From Octopus sinensis (taxonomy: Eukaryota): 22,630 bases of DNA. Position 1 is the stretch's first letter. The number at the start of each line of letters is the position of its first letter. The stretch lies in assembly GCF_006345805.1 (NCBI RefSeq), contig NW_021836793.1, positions 1 through 22,630 of the forward strand, given 5' to 3'. The notes beneath the pieces were generated by a model. That model was not told where the DNA came from. It made no database searches and saw only the letters and a program-made list of their open reading frames with translations. The position numbers and the translations under genes were made by a program. Below are positions 1 through 10,433 of this stretch, one piece after another.

Positions 1-1334
1 GAAGAGACACTACTGTTCATCAATGCTTTGATTCTTATGCAAAAGCACTCAAGCTCTTTGGCTTGTGTATTTATGTGTGTGTGGTAGTCTGTAAAAATAT
101 GTATGTTTGGGCAGATGGATGGACGGATGGATGGATATGGGGAACACATACACTCAGACACGCACATGCATATACATGCATGAGTGTCCGTGTCTATACA
201 AACGTATTGTTGTGCTTATGTTTTTGCCATTGTGTAAGCATGATAACAAACTGTATGTTAGCAGATCCAATGAAATGCAATGTATCTAGAATTTCCTGAG
301 GAATTGAACTTATGTTTGCAGGCAAACCTAAAATTCGATACCGGTGCATTACAACTTATATTTTGCAATGATGAATAACTTTTTTTTTTCTTTTTTAAAC
401 GTTGTACGTGAACATTCTATGCTTATAGATATTAGAAAACCGCGTCAACCTTAGTACTGACTGACCGTATTGTCATGTATGTTGTTGCTATTATTAAAGC
501 TGCTTAGGTCCACATCAGCATTAATCGAACGTATTATCAAAGGCATTCCAACCGTAACAATCACATCTTTTCTTTGGATATTTTATTTCATATCATTGCC
601 TAATTTGGAGATTAGTGTATGATTTGGGGGAAATTGGGATGACTTATCTACATGTCAGATCAACAAAGTAGGGGCTTCGTGGGGAGGGGGGCTCCTGCCA
701 TTGCTCCATCACTGGACTTCTCTAATATTTATGTCATATCAAAGCGGGCAGGATATCTTCGAGTCTAACGAGTGTCAGTCAGTATGAATACCTGTTTGGC
801 ATATATAAACGATATTTAGCTTGCTTTCAAGGAATATCTCTTAAAACCACGCTAAATCTCATTCGGCGTTAGCTGGTATTCTTTTTTTTTTCTTGTTATT
901 GTTACTTATGCCTTCCCCGTCGCAGTTTTGTTGTTGATGATGTTGTTGCTGTTGTTGTCGTTTTCTTTGTTGTTTAGGTAACAGCTCAATTCTAATAGAA
1001 CAGTCATGTGATCAAAGAAGTCCAAGCCGAGACCAATCCATATATTGTACTGTAAAACCGATCTACAAATAGCGTACTGGATATTCTGACAATATCTGCG
1101 ACAAATTGGTGCCCATTACAAATATAATGGGACACGGAACCTCTTTCTTAAGCGTCTAAAACAGTCCTTCAAAATATCAACCTTTTCTTTATGGATAATT
1201 TTTCCTAGACAAGGAAAATGGATATTTTGTTTCGTGAAAGAAAGTGGCTATAGTGGTGGCAGTGTGTGTGATGTCGACGGCGTCGGGTGAAATGGCGATG
1301 GTGAGGACGATTATGACGACGACAACAATGATAA

Positions 1335-1336
<2 letters not shown>

Positions 1337-1393
<57 letters not shown>

Positions 1394-1402
1394 GTAATAG
1401 TA

Positions 1403-1459
<57 letters not shown>
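1337..1459. repeat. (AAT)n microsatellite
   Basis: Near-perfect AAT array with a short agtaatagtaatat interruption. Confidence 0.97.
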
Positions 1460-1461
<2 letters not shown>

Positions 1462-1698
1462 GCAACACGCTAATGTATTTATCAGTCCCAAGAGATAATA
1501 ATGCATTCGAATCAACAGACGGTTATATATCTGTAAAAAGAAATGGAGAGATTATCGAAAAAAAAAATAAGAAAGAAAAAAAATAACGATCTGGAATTAA
1601 AGATAACCAGAATGTGGGAAATGAAAACAAACAATCCCTATAATAATGCTTTAGGCGAATAAAGAAAATCATTATGTCTTGTGACTAAGTAAGAAATT

Positions 1699-1728
1699 AT
1701 CATCATCCATCATCATCATCATCATCAT

Positions 1729-1769
<41 letters not shown>

Positions 1770-1779
1770 ACATCACCGC

Positions 1780-1819
<40 letters not shown>

Positions 1820-1847
1820 GTCATCATCATCATCATCATTATCATCA
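1699..1847. repeat. (CAT)n microsatellite
   Basis: CAT array with a few substitutions. It gives rise to the poly-Asp pseudo-ORF 1703-1891. Confidence 0.97.
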
Positions 1848-1936
1848 CAATTACTACTATAATTTTTCTTTAAAATGGCTGCGTGAAACATAAGTATACA
1901 TGGAATATAAAAGTTGTATAATAATAATATTATAAT

Positions 1937-2700
1937 AAGTCAGTGCCCGTGATACAGGGCAACATCCTTCTAGGTCATGGAAACTTAGAGATCCAAAATT
2001 ACCCGGAACACCAAGAACAAGTATCCTCTCAAATTGTCGTTTTCCAAACTATAATCGTATGCTTAGAGTGGTTCCATCGACTCTTTCCATTTTCATGACT
2101 CTCGCCATACTTCAATAAATTCAATTCAGTACAGCTCTACTTTCTCCACCAGCACCTTCTTTTTCATATGAAGCATGAAAAACATCTATGCGCTCTAGAG
2201 TAAAAGCCAAATTTCTCTCCTGAGTCTATACACACAAATCCTATAGCTAAAGTCACCGGACAGAAGGACACTTCTACCGCTTTCTTTGTCCGTTTAAATA
2301 AGGTCGACGAGACACTTAATCATGACGATGGATTCGGCTAATGACCAGATCCTATTTATACGTGACAGCAGTTGTTAGACATATCTCCATATTTCAACAA
2401 TACTCGGTCACCGAACAGGTGCATAGAGAAGGATTTCACCTCGGAAAGGTTATTCTGGCGATACAGCGGTACCTATAAAATGTTGATTGAAGCGGTTGGA
2501 CGCCTCCATAGTATGACCAGACCAAGGCTTTCATGAAATTAATCATATTAATCACCGACCACATTAAACAGTTTGTTCTAGTCGAAGCCCATAATTTTTC
2601 CAGGAACGTCATTGCGCTTTCCCGCCGCTAAATCTCTACAGCTTGCTAAAGTAGATCTTCCAAATAATAAGACTAGTTTCTATGACCCAAAAGAGCGATA
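1937..2700 (-). mobile_element. Probable highly decayed RTE-clade LINE 3' remnant
   Basis: Minus-strand peptide fragments occur in the order expected for an RTE/BovB ORF C-terminus: LAAGK/SAMTFLEKLW, MKALVWS..YGG, ERIDVF, RCWWRK, LLKY. An ATA-rich tail lies at ~1918-1936. The match needs several frameshifts and a ~280 bp interruption, so the call is tentative. Confidence 0.45.
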
Positions 2701-3841
2701 CCATATGTAAAATGTTACAAAACAAGTACAAAAATAAAATAATGATGTGTTATTATATAGACCTTTATACAGGAAAGAATTTATGGAAACAATAATATAA
2801 AAGAAAAAGTTCTATGGAGACAGCAATATTGAGCCACTCATTGACATCTACAAACTTCCGGTTTGTAACAACTTTTATGGGAAGTGACTACTCTTGTCTG
2901 TATCATCCACGTGCATGCTAAGGCAAGGGTCAAGTACTCAATAGATTTTGAGCAAAGTTGTTGGAGTCTATCACTCCCTTCTTAAAACTTCCTTCAAGTG
3001 GACTTGAAGAAGTTGATGAAAGGATGACCGAATAGAAACCAACCATCAAATTTTGCCAGCATTTGTTCTCCTCAAATCTTTATCATCATAGCCACTTTAT
3101 CAAGAAAAACTGCCAGCACTTTCCGGGTAAACGAAGGCGGTGATGTGATAATAATGATAGTATCGAGCGTAGAGTCGAATCTGATCGACATGCACATCTG
3201 CTGCTGAACGCCGTGAGTCAGAAATACTCAACTAGTAAAGTATGCGCATAGTTTTGTCACATAGCGCACATTTCGCATAGTTCAAACCTATGTCACTCCC
3301 TTCTATGTAGAGTTTATCCCATCTCAGTAATGCTAATACAGCGTAGGCTATTCGGCGAATAGACATCAACCAATCTTCTCCCAATAACGTTTTGCTCACC
3401 AATATAATCTTTCATAGAATACTATTGGTGATATCTCCTCGCCATTAACCAACAGCTAGAGAACTGCGAGCGTCCTATATGTCATCCTGTTAATTGCCTT
3501 CGATTAAGCAAGTATTACTTGAAGTCAGCAACAGAGGCTGTGAGAATACATGCCTGACTGACGAAGATTAAAGCTCTTAATCCTCCAGCAATCTCTTCAG
3601 ACGCCATACGCTCAGTATATGCCTGCATATTATCAGCAACAACTCGTTCTAAGTATATTTAGGGTGTGCTAGTAGTAGACGCATCTCCTGAATAATGGAA
3701 GGCATCCGATTCACAGCATGAGAAATATGAGAAGCCCCAACATCAGATGAAACCTGAGACAAAGAACAACAGCCAAATGGCAATAAATGCATAAAGTCTA
3801 TCACAGTCAATTCACCGTCCATCTAACTCACAATGTGAAAC

Positions 3842-4037
3842 TACGAGGGTGTGCTGAAAAGTTTCTCGCTTTAAGGGTATCACGAAAAACTTGGTTGGAG
3901 CTTCGAACTTCAGAGATCTTTTACAGAGTTTAGAAAAACTGAAAGGACCGCTGCAATAAGTGTGTGAATCTTAGAGGGGAATATGTTGTATAAAATCATA
4001 ATTAACCGATCTTCCTTTTTCAGCACTTCTTCGCATA
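3842..4037 (+). mobile_element. Internally deleted mariner-family element (MITE-like)
   Basis: The left end tacgagggtgtgctgaaaag and right end ttttcagcacttcttcgcata are imperfect inverted repeats with TA at both extremities. The interior retains a mariner-like transposase C-terminus, KDRCNKCVNLRGEYVV* (3943-3993; compare the typical RW.KC...G.Y). Confidence 0.75.
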
Positions 4038-4280
4038 TTGTTAAGGCATTCTTAAATAGCATGTGATCACCTTCGATAGTTTCAAATATATTTTGAAAGT
4101 TGTCCTGAAATAGCGTCGATTTCTTGACGCAATAAAATATATTTTTGATATAAATATGAACCCACAGTTTATGACGATTCTGTTTAATTACAATCATATT
4201 GATATAATATTTTAGTAATATCTATAAACATATTCATGATTTTCACGGTGAAGATGACGATTTTTTCGTTGGTTAGATGA

Positions 4281-4643
4281 TGGTGGTAATGATGATAATA
4301 ATGGTGATGGTATCGTCGTTGGTGGTGGTGGTGGTGGTGCCGGCAGCGGCGGTGGTGGTGGTGGTTGTGGCGGTGGCGAAGGCAAAGATAATGACAGGCA
4401 GGTCACGACAAAGAAAAAAAATCAAAGACTTGAAATAAAACAATTGTGAGCAGGGCAAAAGAGAAAAAAAGACAAGCGATACTGAAAAGTGGCGGGACTG
4501 GTGGTGGTGGTGATGGTGGTGGTGGTAGTGGTTTCGGTGATAGTAGTAGTAGTAGTAGCAGCAGCAATAGTAATAGGAGATGGTGGTGTGGTAGTGGTAG
4601 CGGTGGCGGATACGGCGGTGGTGGTGGTGGTGGCGGTGGTAGT
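4281..4643. repeat. Two imperfect (GGT/GGC/TAG)n trinucleotide clusters (4281-4380, 4498-4643)
   Basis: GGT-rich triplet arrays separated by an A-rich spacer. They produce the poly-Pro, poly-Gly and poly-Thr pseudo-ORFs. Confidence 0.9.
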
Positions 4644-4934
4644 TGAGAACGAGAAAGAAACAAGGTAGGATCGCCTAAAAAACAAGGTGGGGTACAAAAT
4701 ACAAACAAGCAGGTAGGGAAACAATATCAGCCGCCATATCAATTTTCTTCTTTTTTCTTTGTTTCGAGTATTCTTCGTTCGACTGCAGGTGTGTGATGCT
4801 GATAAACAATTTTCGACTAGTTGTCAAAAATTATCATTTTCTTATATTCTAATCTTCTCTATTATGGTTCTTCTCCTTCTTCCTCTTCGTCTTCTCAAAC
4901 AACTTCATAGTTTCACACACTGACATTGGCTCAC

Positions 4935-5087
4935 TCACACACACACACACACAACACACACACACACACAACACACACATACACACACACTCACACGAAT
5001 AGATGTGTGTGTCTATCTGTGTGGGTGTGTTTATGGGTGTTTCTCTGTACGATCTATATATACGTAAATAGATACGTACATATATAT

Positions 5088-5150
<63 letters not shown>

Positions 5151-5298
5151 GTTTGTGTATGGCGTGCGCCCCAAAAAAACACACACATTATAAACACATT
5201 CATTTGCATATATATATATATCTACGTAGACCCCCTATATAATTATGTATAGGGTTATATATATAATATTATTATTATATATATATGTAGATATACGT

Positions 5299-5341
<43 letters not shown>

Positions 5342-5391
5342 AATGCATGTATGTATGTATGTATGTATATATCTATATATATATTATATAT

Positions 5392-5441
<50 letters not shown>

Positions 5442-5515
5442 ATATTTGTACATGTATATATGTGTGTATATCCATATATATATATATATATATTTGTAAT
5501 ATATATATGTGGTAT

Positions 5516-5558
<43 letters not shown>

Positions 5559-5600
5559 ATATATATATATATATAACATATATACAAGCACACACATACA
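4935..5600. repeat. Compound (CA)n / (AT)n / (ATGT)n microsatellite field
   Basis: (CA)n at 4935-4996, (AT)n at ~5075-5148, and interrupted (AT)n at 5207-5585. Confidence 0.95.
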
Positions 5601-5765
5601 TACATACTTAAACGCTCCCCCATATATATGTGTGATGTGTATGTTATGTGTGTTGTGTGTGTCTGCCTAGAAGAGCATGTGTGTGCATTGTTTCTTCATT
5701 CATATGCGTTGCAAATTCTTCTCGTTATTGTTTCTTGCATATTGCGTACATATCATACTAGTTAC

Positions 5766-5766
<1 letters not shown>

Positions 5767-5827
<61 letters not shown>

Positions 5828-5839
5828 TATAATAATAAA
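5767..5839. repeat. (AAT)n microsatellite abutting repeat copy 1
   Basis: AAT array ending directly at the element 5' boundary. Confidence 0.95.
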
Positions 5840-6322
5840 TGATCTGATGCAGTACAAGCACTGGCTCTCTATGCCCTGATGCAGTACAAGACACTGGCTC
5901 TCATCACTGCTGATCTTAACTGGTTGGATGAATTATCATGTACATTGTTTTGTCTTAGTATAAAAGATGGGTTACAACAAATATCCTGCTCAGTATCACA
6001 GATTTGCTTCCACTTGTTTGACCGTAACCAGTTGAGCATGTCCTTCATTAGATGCCGATATGTGCGTTTCGGATCACGAGCATTAGTGAAGGAGCATCAC
6101 ATCTATGTGTTGAGAGGAATTGTTTGTAGTTTGAATAATTCACTTCTGGAAACATGGGTGTTTCGTTCAACATCGTTAAACAACCTTTATTCAGGGGATT
6201 TGAACTCGGATGGGCTACTCGCCCTGAAGAAAATTCTATCAGATGTGTAGTTATGATGGGTATACTGGGCTTCGTCTATTTTACCACAGTGTCACATAGA
6301 TGGCTTGCACTGCTCCCTCATC
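5840..6322 (+). mobile_element. Copy 1 of an unidentified ~0.5 kb interspersed repeat (internally deleted, 5' end duplicated)
   Basis: Its reverse complement aligns by eye with 7219-7735 and 9892-10433 (shared blocks such as ttgaataatt..ctggaaacatggg, ctgaagaaaattcta, gggcttcgt.tatttta, gtgtcac). It is preceded by (AAT)n at 5767-5839 and followed by a degenerate AAT-rich tail. About 100 bp present in the other copies is missing near 6240-6245. Strand is assigned from the AAT tail. Confidence 0.85.
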
Positions 6323-6787
6323 CAGCAACAACAGCATCAACAATAATATTAATAATGATAATATATTATTATCATCATCATCATCATCATCATGATTATT
6401 ATTGCTGTTGTATGAATCGCCGCAGCTTATTTTGCTGGGTATGGTGGAATATGTCAGCTGACCACAGCCAACAGACTAAGGTGAAACTTGTTTAAAGGTC
6501 ATACTTCAAGAACCCTGCGAAGAACTCTTGCAGTTCCTCATATTTCATTGTTTGTTCACCTGATCCTTCTGTGACCGCTACCCACTTCCCCTTCCTTCTC
6601 TGTCCCTCTCTGCCCCCACCTTCATTCAGATATATCAGCTCCCATGTAACTATTTACTTTTCTACGTCTTTTTAACATATTAGTCTGCTTTTCTCTAACT
6701 TTCTTTGCACAAGGGCTTTCATTTTCTAGCGTACCAGAGAGAATCATAGAACAAAACGAGATTCGGGAATTAGCATTTTCTGTTCAC

Positions 6788-6960
6788 GGATTGACAGAAT
6801 CGTAAAGGAATCGAAAAAGAGATCTACCTCGCGGTGATTCTTTCGACTCTTTACAATTTCTGTTCAAATACATGTTCTTATTCAACTTTACATTTTATCC
6901 TTTTGGAGTCGATATAATATTGTATCGGTGAAGCACTGGGTTTCATGCTATCGAGTAAAG
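6788..6960 (+). mobile_element. Degenerate SINE (short family)
   Basis: The blocks gacagaatcgtaaag..ttctgttcaaat..caactttacattttatccttttggagtcgata..agcactggg..atcga match the 17908 copy in order. An (ATT)5 tract follows at 6982. Confidence 0.65.
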
Positions 6961-6981
6961 CTGTACGATAAAATTTTTTTC

Positions 6982-6993
6982 ATTATTATTATT

Positions 6994-7034
<41 letters not shown>
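6982..7034. repeat. (ATT)5-(AAT)n inverted microsatellite junction
   Basis: attattattattatt|aataataat... forms a perfect 30 bp palindrome at 6982-7011. Confidence 0.95.
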
Positions 7035-7035
<1 letters not shown>

Positions 7036-7218
7036 TCCAATTGATTTGGATTTATTTCATCTTCCGACGGGGTCTCAACCAGGGCACATATATTTGATGG
7101 AGAGAAACTTCATGAGAATATGGCCGGTTGATGTCACACAGCTTTTTGAATTTCGTAGAATATGATTTCCAAGGGATCTTGTCAAAAATTGTTTGCAATT
7201 ATTATTATTATTAATATT

Positions 7219-7735
7219 GCGATAAAGAGCAGTGCATCCCACCAAAGTGACACGGGGTAAAATATACGAAGCCCACTATCATGATTACACTTCTGATATT
7301 GGTACACAAGGCGGCACATGCATCACAAGCATATGTTCACGACATGGTGATCTCATATCAAGATAGACAGTGCATCACCTAGCAGGTGGGGCCAGGAAGA
7401 AACTTATTCAGTTCGAGTAGCCCATCGCGCTAAAAATGTCCCTGGATAAGATTTGTTGAATAATGATGAACTAAAGCCCATGTTACCAGGAACAAATTAT
7501 TCAAACCCGAAAGAATTCCTCGCAACACATAGTAATGACGCTCCCCGATGACTTCTGCCCCTGATCGGAGATGCACATAGCTTTAACCACCAAGAGAAAG
7601 CATAACCAGTTATAGTCAAAAAAGTGACAAGTAAATCTGAGGTATTGAGCAGACGTTTGTGATATCCCATTTTTTACACCAAGAAAAATCATGCACATTA
7701 TAACACTTCTAAGCAATAAACAGAAGCCATGAGAG
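7219..7735 (-). mobile_element. Copy 2 of the ~0.5 kb repeat
   Basis: It is collinear with 9892-10433 (gagcagtgcat..aaagtgacac..gaagccc..catcacaa.catatgt..gacatggtga..cagaagccatgagag). It is bounded by TTA tracts on both sides (~7198-7218 and 7746-7793). Confidence 0.88.
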
Positions 7736-7744
7736 TTAGTAACT

Positions 7745-7745
<1 letters not shown>

Positions 7746-7795
<50 letters not shown>

Positions 7796-9845
7796 GTTTG
7801 ACTTTTGCTTTGTATTTGTACAAGTTGACATGAAGTCTCGCTCAGATACATCAAGAGGCAATAAGCTAGAAATTCAACTTGGTATTATTCCTAGGGTGTC
7901 ATAGTATTATTCTAGTAAATGTTTGAGAAATCAAGAAAGTAAGTTTGTTTTAAAATTTGAGATTACATAGACAGTATTTTGCGTAGAATATTTGCAAGTT
8001 CCATGGGCACAGTCTTTTGGATTTCTGCCATTTGGGGTATCCTGGTATCTGAGCTAGGTAGGAATCAGCCCCCTTTGCTATCATTCCTAGGGCACCTATG
8101 ACAACAGTTAATGTTTTAATCTTGTTGTTCCACATTATACCAATTCTTATTTCAAGATATTTATACTTGCTCAGCTTTTGGTACGTCTTGAGAGATACAT
8201 CTATGACGATTGAGACAGTCATATCAAGAAGGTGGCATGATTTTCGACTGAAGTCTTTCAATCTAGCTTGTTTACATCTATCTTTCTGTCAGTTTCAGTG
8301 GTGAAGTTCCAGGGAAGTGAGATGTGATCATTTTCAAGCACTGGAGGTGGTTTGTTTCCCCCTCTGTTTTTATCATGGAGAAGGTCCAGGTTTTTGCAAA
8401 TTACCCAGTGAATATACTGTGCTGCTCTGTAGACGCGAGAAGACTGCACTTGGAAACAACATGATCAATGACTTCATTTTGTTGTTTACATAGACGACAT
8501 ATTGGGCTACTGTTGGCCTGGCAGTTCCTTGAAGGTAGTCATTGATCTTGGGCTTTTATGATAAAACCCTTCTGTTTCTGATTTTATGCCAGAATACACT
8601 AACCATTGATGGGTAAGGGCTTTGTCGACATCGGCCTTATTAGCTCTCTTTGGGTATTCGCCATTGAGAGTTTTTTCTTGCCATTATTCAATAAGAATAT
8701 CTAAGGTAGCAGTTTTAACATGGGTTTTCATACGCTTCGCTTTTTCTGTGCTTGTTTCCAGTAGACCTAATTCTGGGATTTGTTTTAGTTGAAATTCACT
8801 TAGATATTCCTTCGCCTGTTTTGTTACTGAATATGATGTTTTTTTGTTTTCACGTTTCAAAACAAGTTTTAACATCCAGTCATCAGTGTTTTTCAGGTAG
8901 GTGTTGGGGCCAATTGTGGAAATCTTCATCTTTTGTAACAATTGTAAAAGTCTACTGTCACCCTCTTTTCTTGGCGTGTAAAGTCGTCCTATATCTGTCT
9001 TAGAGTGGTGCATTCTATGCATTGTCAACAAGTTTCGTATTTTTTTCTGTCACGATTGCATATTTCAGTAATTAACCAGTTTATGATATTGAAACTGTAA
9101 GACATGACCTGTATGACTAAAGTATTCTTCGCTTCAATCCTGTTTCTTACATTCAGATATTTCTTGAGTATTGCCCTTACCCTGCGATAACATTCTCTTC
9201 TGATCTTCTCCCTCATCGTGGAATGTTTAATTACATCAGATTCAAATATCCCTAGGTATTTGTAGCTCTCCGCTGGTTCTAATTCCCTAATGACATTCTG
9301 CTGGCCAAGATTAACGTTGGATGTTTCTATCATTTTCCCATTGATAAACGTAGCTTTTGCACATTTATCGATGTCATCACTGAATTGTTTAGCAATTGCT
9401 AGTAAGCCCTGTAGTCGTTGGTCATTTTTTGCAAAGAGCTTTAAATCACCCATATAAAAGAGATGATTTATATTTTTATCAAAAATCTTATGGCCATGTT
9501 GTACATCATCGAGTAATTTCGAGAGAGATATTATGGTTAGACAAAGGAAGAATGGTGATAGAGTCACCTTGGAAAATGCCTCATGAAATCCTTACGTTTC
9601 GAGCATTAGGAGATTCATTGCCACTGTACAAATTCAGTGTGTTTCCCCATCATCTCATACTTACAGACAAGTTTCGCAGAGTAGGTGCCATTTTATACAT
9701 TTCGAAACATTTCTTAATCTAGCTATGTGGTAGATTATCGAAATATTTTTTTAGTGTACCTAAGCTATCGACAAGTTTTGTGTCGTTTGTGACCATCTTC
9801 CAAGATCATCTTCTTGACGAGTAACTGTAAGTGTCCATGTAACTG
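7746..9845 (-). mobile_element. 5'-truncated, decayed non-LTR retrotransposon of the RLE type (R4/Dong-like), with ~170 nt 3' UTR and (AAT)n tail
   Basis: Minus-strand translation across frameshifts gives, in order: RT motifs (QLLVKKMILEDGHK..., FDNLPHS, GIFQGDS at ~9555-9580, NHLFYMGDLKLFAK, DKCAK, YKYLG); the post-RT segment THQWL..SGIKSETEGF/IIKAQDQ; a CCHC knuckle C-x2-C-x8-H-x4-C (CRLCKQQNEVIDHVVSKC, 8446-8499); and a restriction-like endonuclease (VNKLD..MKD..SCHLLDMTV..KLSKYKYLEI..VVIGALG). The ORF ends ILRKILSM* (stop ~7963). The 3' UTR follows, then the (TTA)n tract at 7746-7793. The RT-CCHC-RLE order is established for R2/R4/NeSL-type elements; the R4/Dong call rests on motif recall and the TAA tail. 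Confidence 0.9.
7963..9830 (-). pseudogene. Disrupted reverse transcriptase / CCHC / RLE polyprotein remnant of the LINE
   Basis: It appears as ORF fragments 9025-9567, 8684-9031, 8258-8449 and 7950-8261 in different frames, with internal stops. The expected catalytic YMDD reads YMGD and the expected RLE PD reads LD, so it is non-functional. Confidence 0.88.
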
Positions 9846-9891
9846 GCTTACCTCCTAGCCTTCTAGCGAAATTTGAAACCATGCATATTAT

Positions 9892-10433
9892 TGAATGAGA
9901 GAGCAGCGCATGCATTCAAAGTGACACTTAGGTACAAATATATGAAGCCCAATGCACCCATCATGATTATGCATGAAGGGTACAGCAAGCACATACATCA
10001 CAACCATATGTGTACGACATGGTGACCTTATATCAAATTAAACAGCGCATGACTTTGTAGTTGTGGCCCAATTAGAATTTTCTTCAGGTCAAATATCCCA
10101 TTTCGCTCATAATGTCCCCGAATAATATCTGTTTAAAAAGTATGACAGAACACCCATGTTTCCGAGGGTGTATTATAAAAAAATAGAAGAAAAACAAAGA
10201 ATCCCTCTAGACACACTGCTATGATGTTCCCCCACTTTTTCTGCTTGTGTTCAGAGATGTAAAAATCATCAGCCACAAGGAGACATGCTCAGCTGGTGAA
10301 GGTTAATCAAATGACAAACAACATTGCAGTATTGAGTTGAATATTTGCTGTAGCCCATCATTTACACTAAGCCAATCAGTTAAGATCAGAACCTACGAGA
10401 GCCACTGCATTGCACTGCATTAAGACAGCCTGG
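9892..10433 (-). mobile_element. Copy 3 of the ~0.5 kb repeat
   Basis: It is a direct-orientation homologue of copy 2 over its full length. Its termini are tattattgaatgagagagcag on the left and gagagccactgcat..cctggtattatt on the right. Confidence 0.88.

Noticed and set aside
510-1050. Two short similar motifs (tcaaaggcattccaaccgtaacaatc at ~538 and tgatcaaagaagtccaagccgagaccaatc at ~1008) as repeat remnants
   Set aside because: They are too short and degenerate to define boundaries or a family from sequence alone.
4789-4923. Plus-strand exon after a strong acceptor (ttcgactgcag|) encoding VCDADKQFSTSCQKLSFSYILIFSIMVLLLL...
   Set aside because: The hydrophobic tail comes from a CTT-rich low-complexity tract, I recognise no homology, and there is no supported upstream exon.
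5844-6240. Hammerhead ribozyme in the 0.5 kb element (ctgatgc at ~5844/5876, ctgaaga at ~6225)
   Set aside because: The first motif deviates from CUGANGA, and neither is followed by a stem II and GAAA core. I could not build an HDV-like double pseudoknot by eye either, so a computational search on the consensus is still needed.
5879-6250. 123 aa ORF as a real gene
   Set aside because: It lies within repeat copy 1, starts at a non-ATG codon, and the frame is not preserved in copies 2 and 3.
9396-9722. Plus-strand 108 aa ORF (also 8752-9003 and 8098-8304)
   Set aside because: These are antisense shadows of the decayed LINE ORF.
7219-10433. LTR retrotransposon (two ~520 bp direct repeats flanking an RT)
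   Set aside because: The interior is an RT-CCHC-RLE non-LTR element with its own 3' UTR and AAT tail. There is no gag, protease, RNase H or integrase, and no TG..CA termini. The repeats are diverged from each other and a third copy lies elsewhere.
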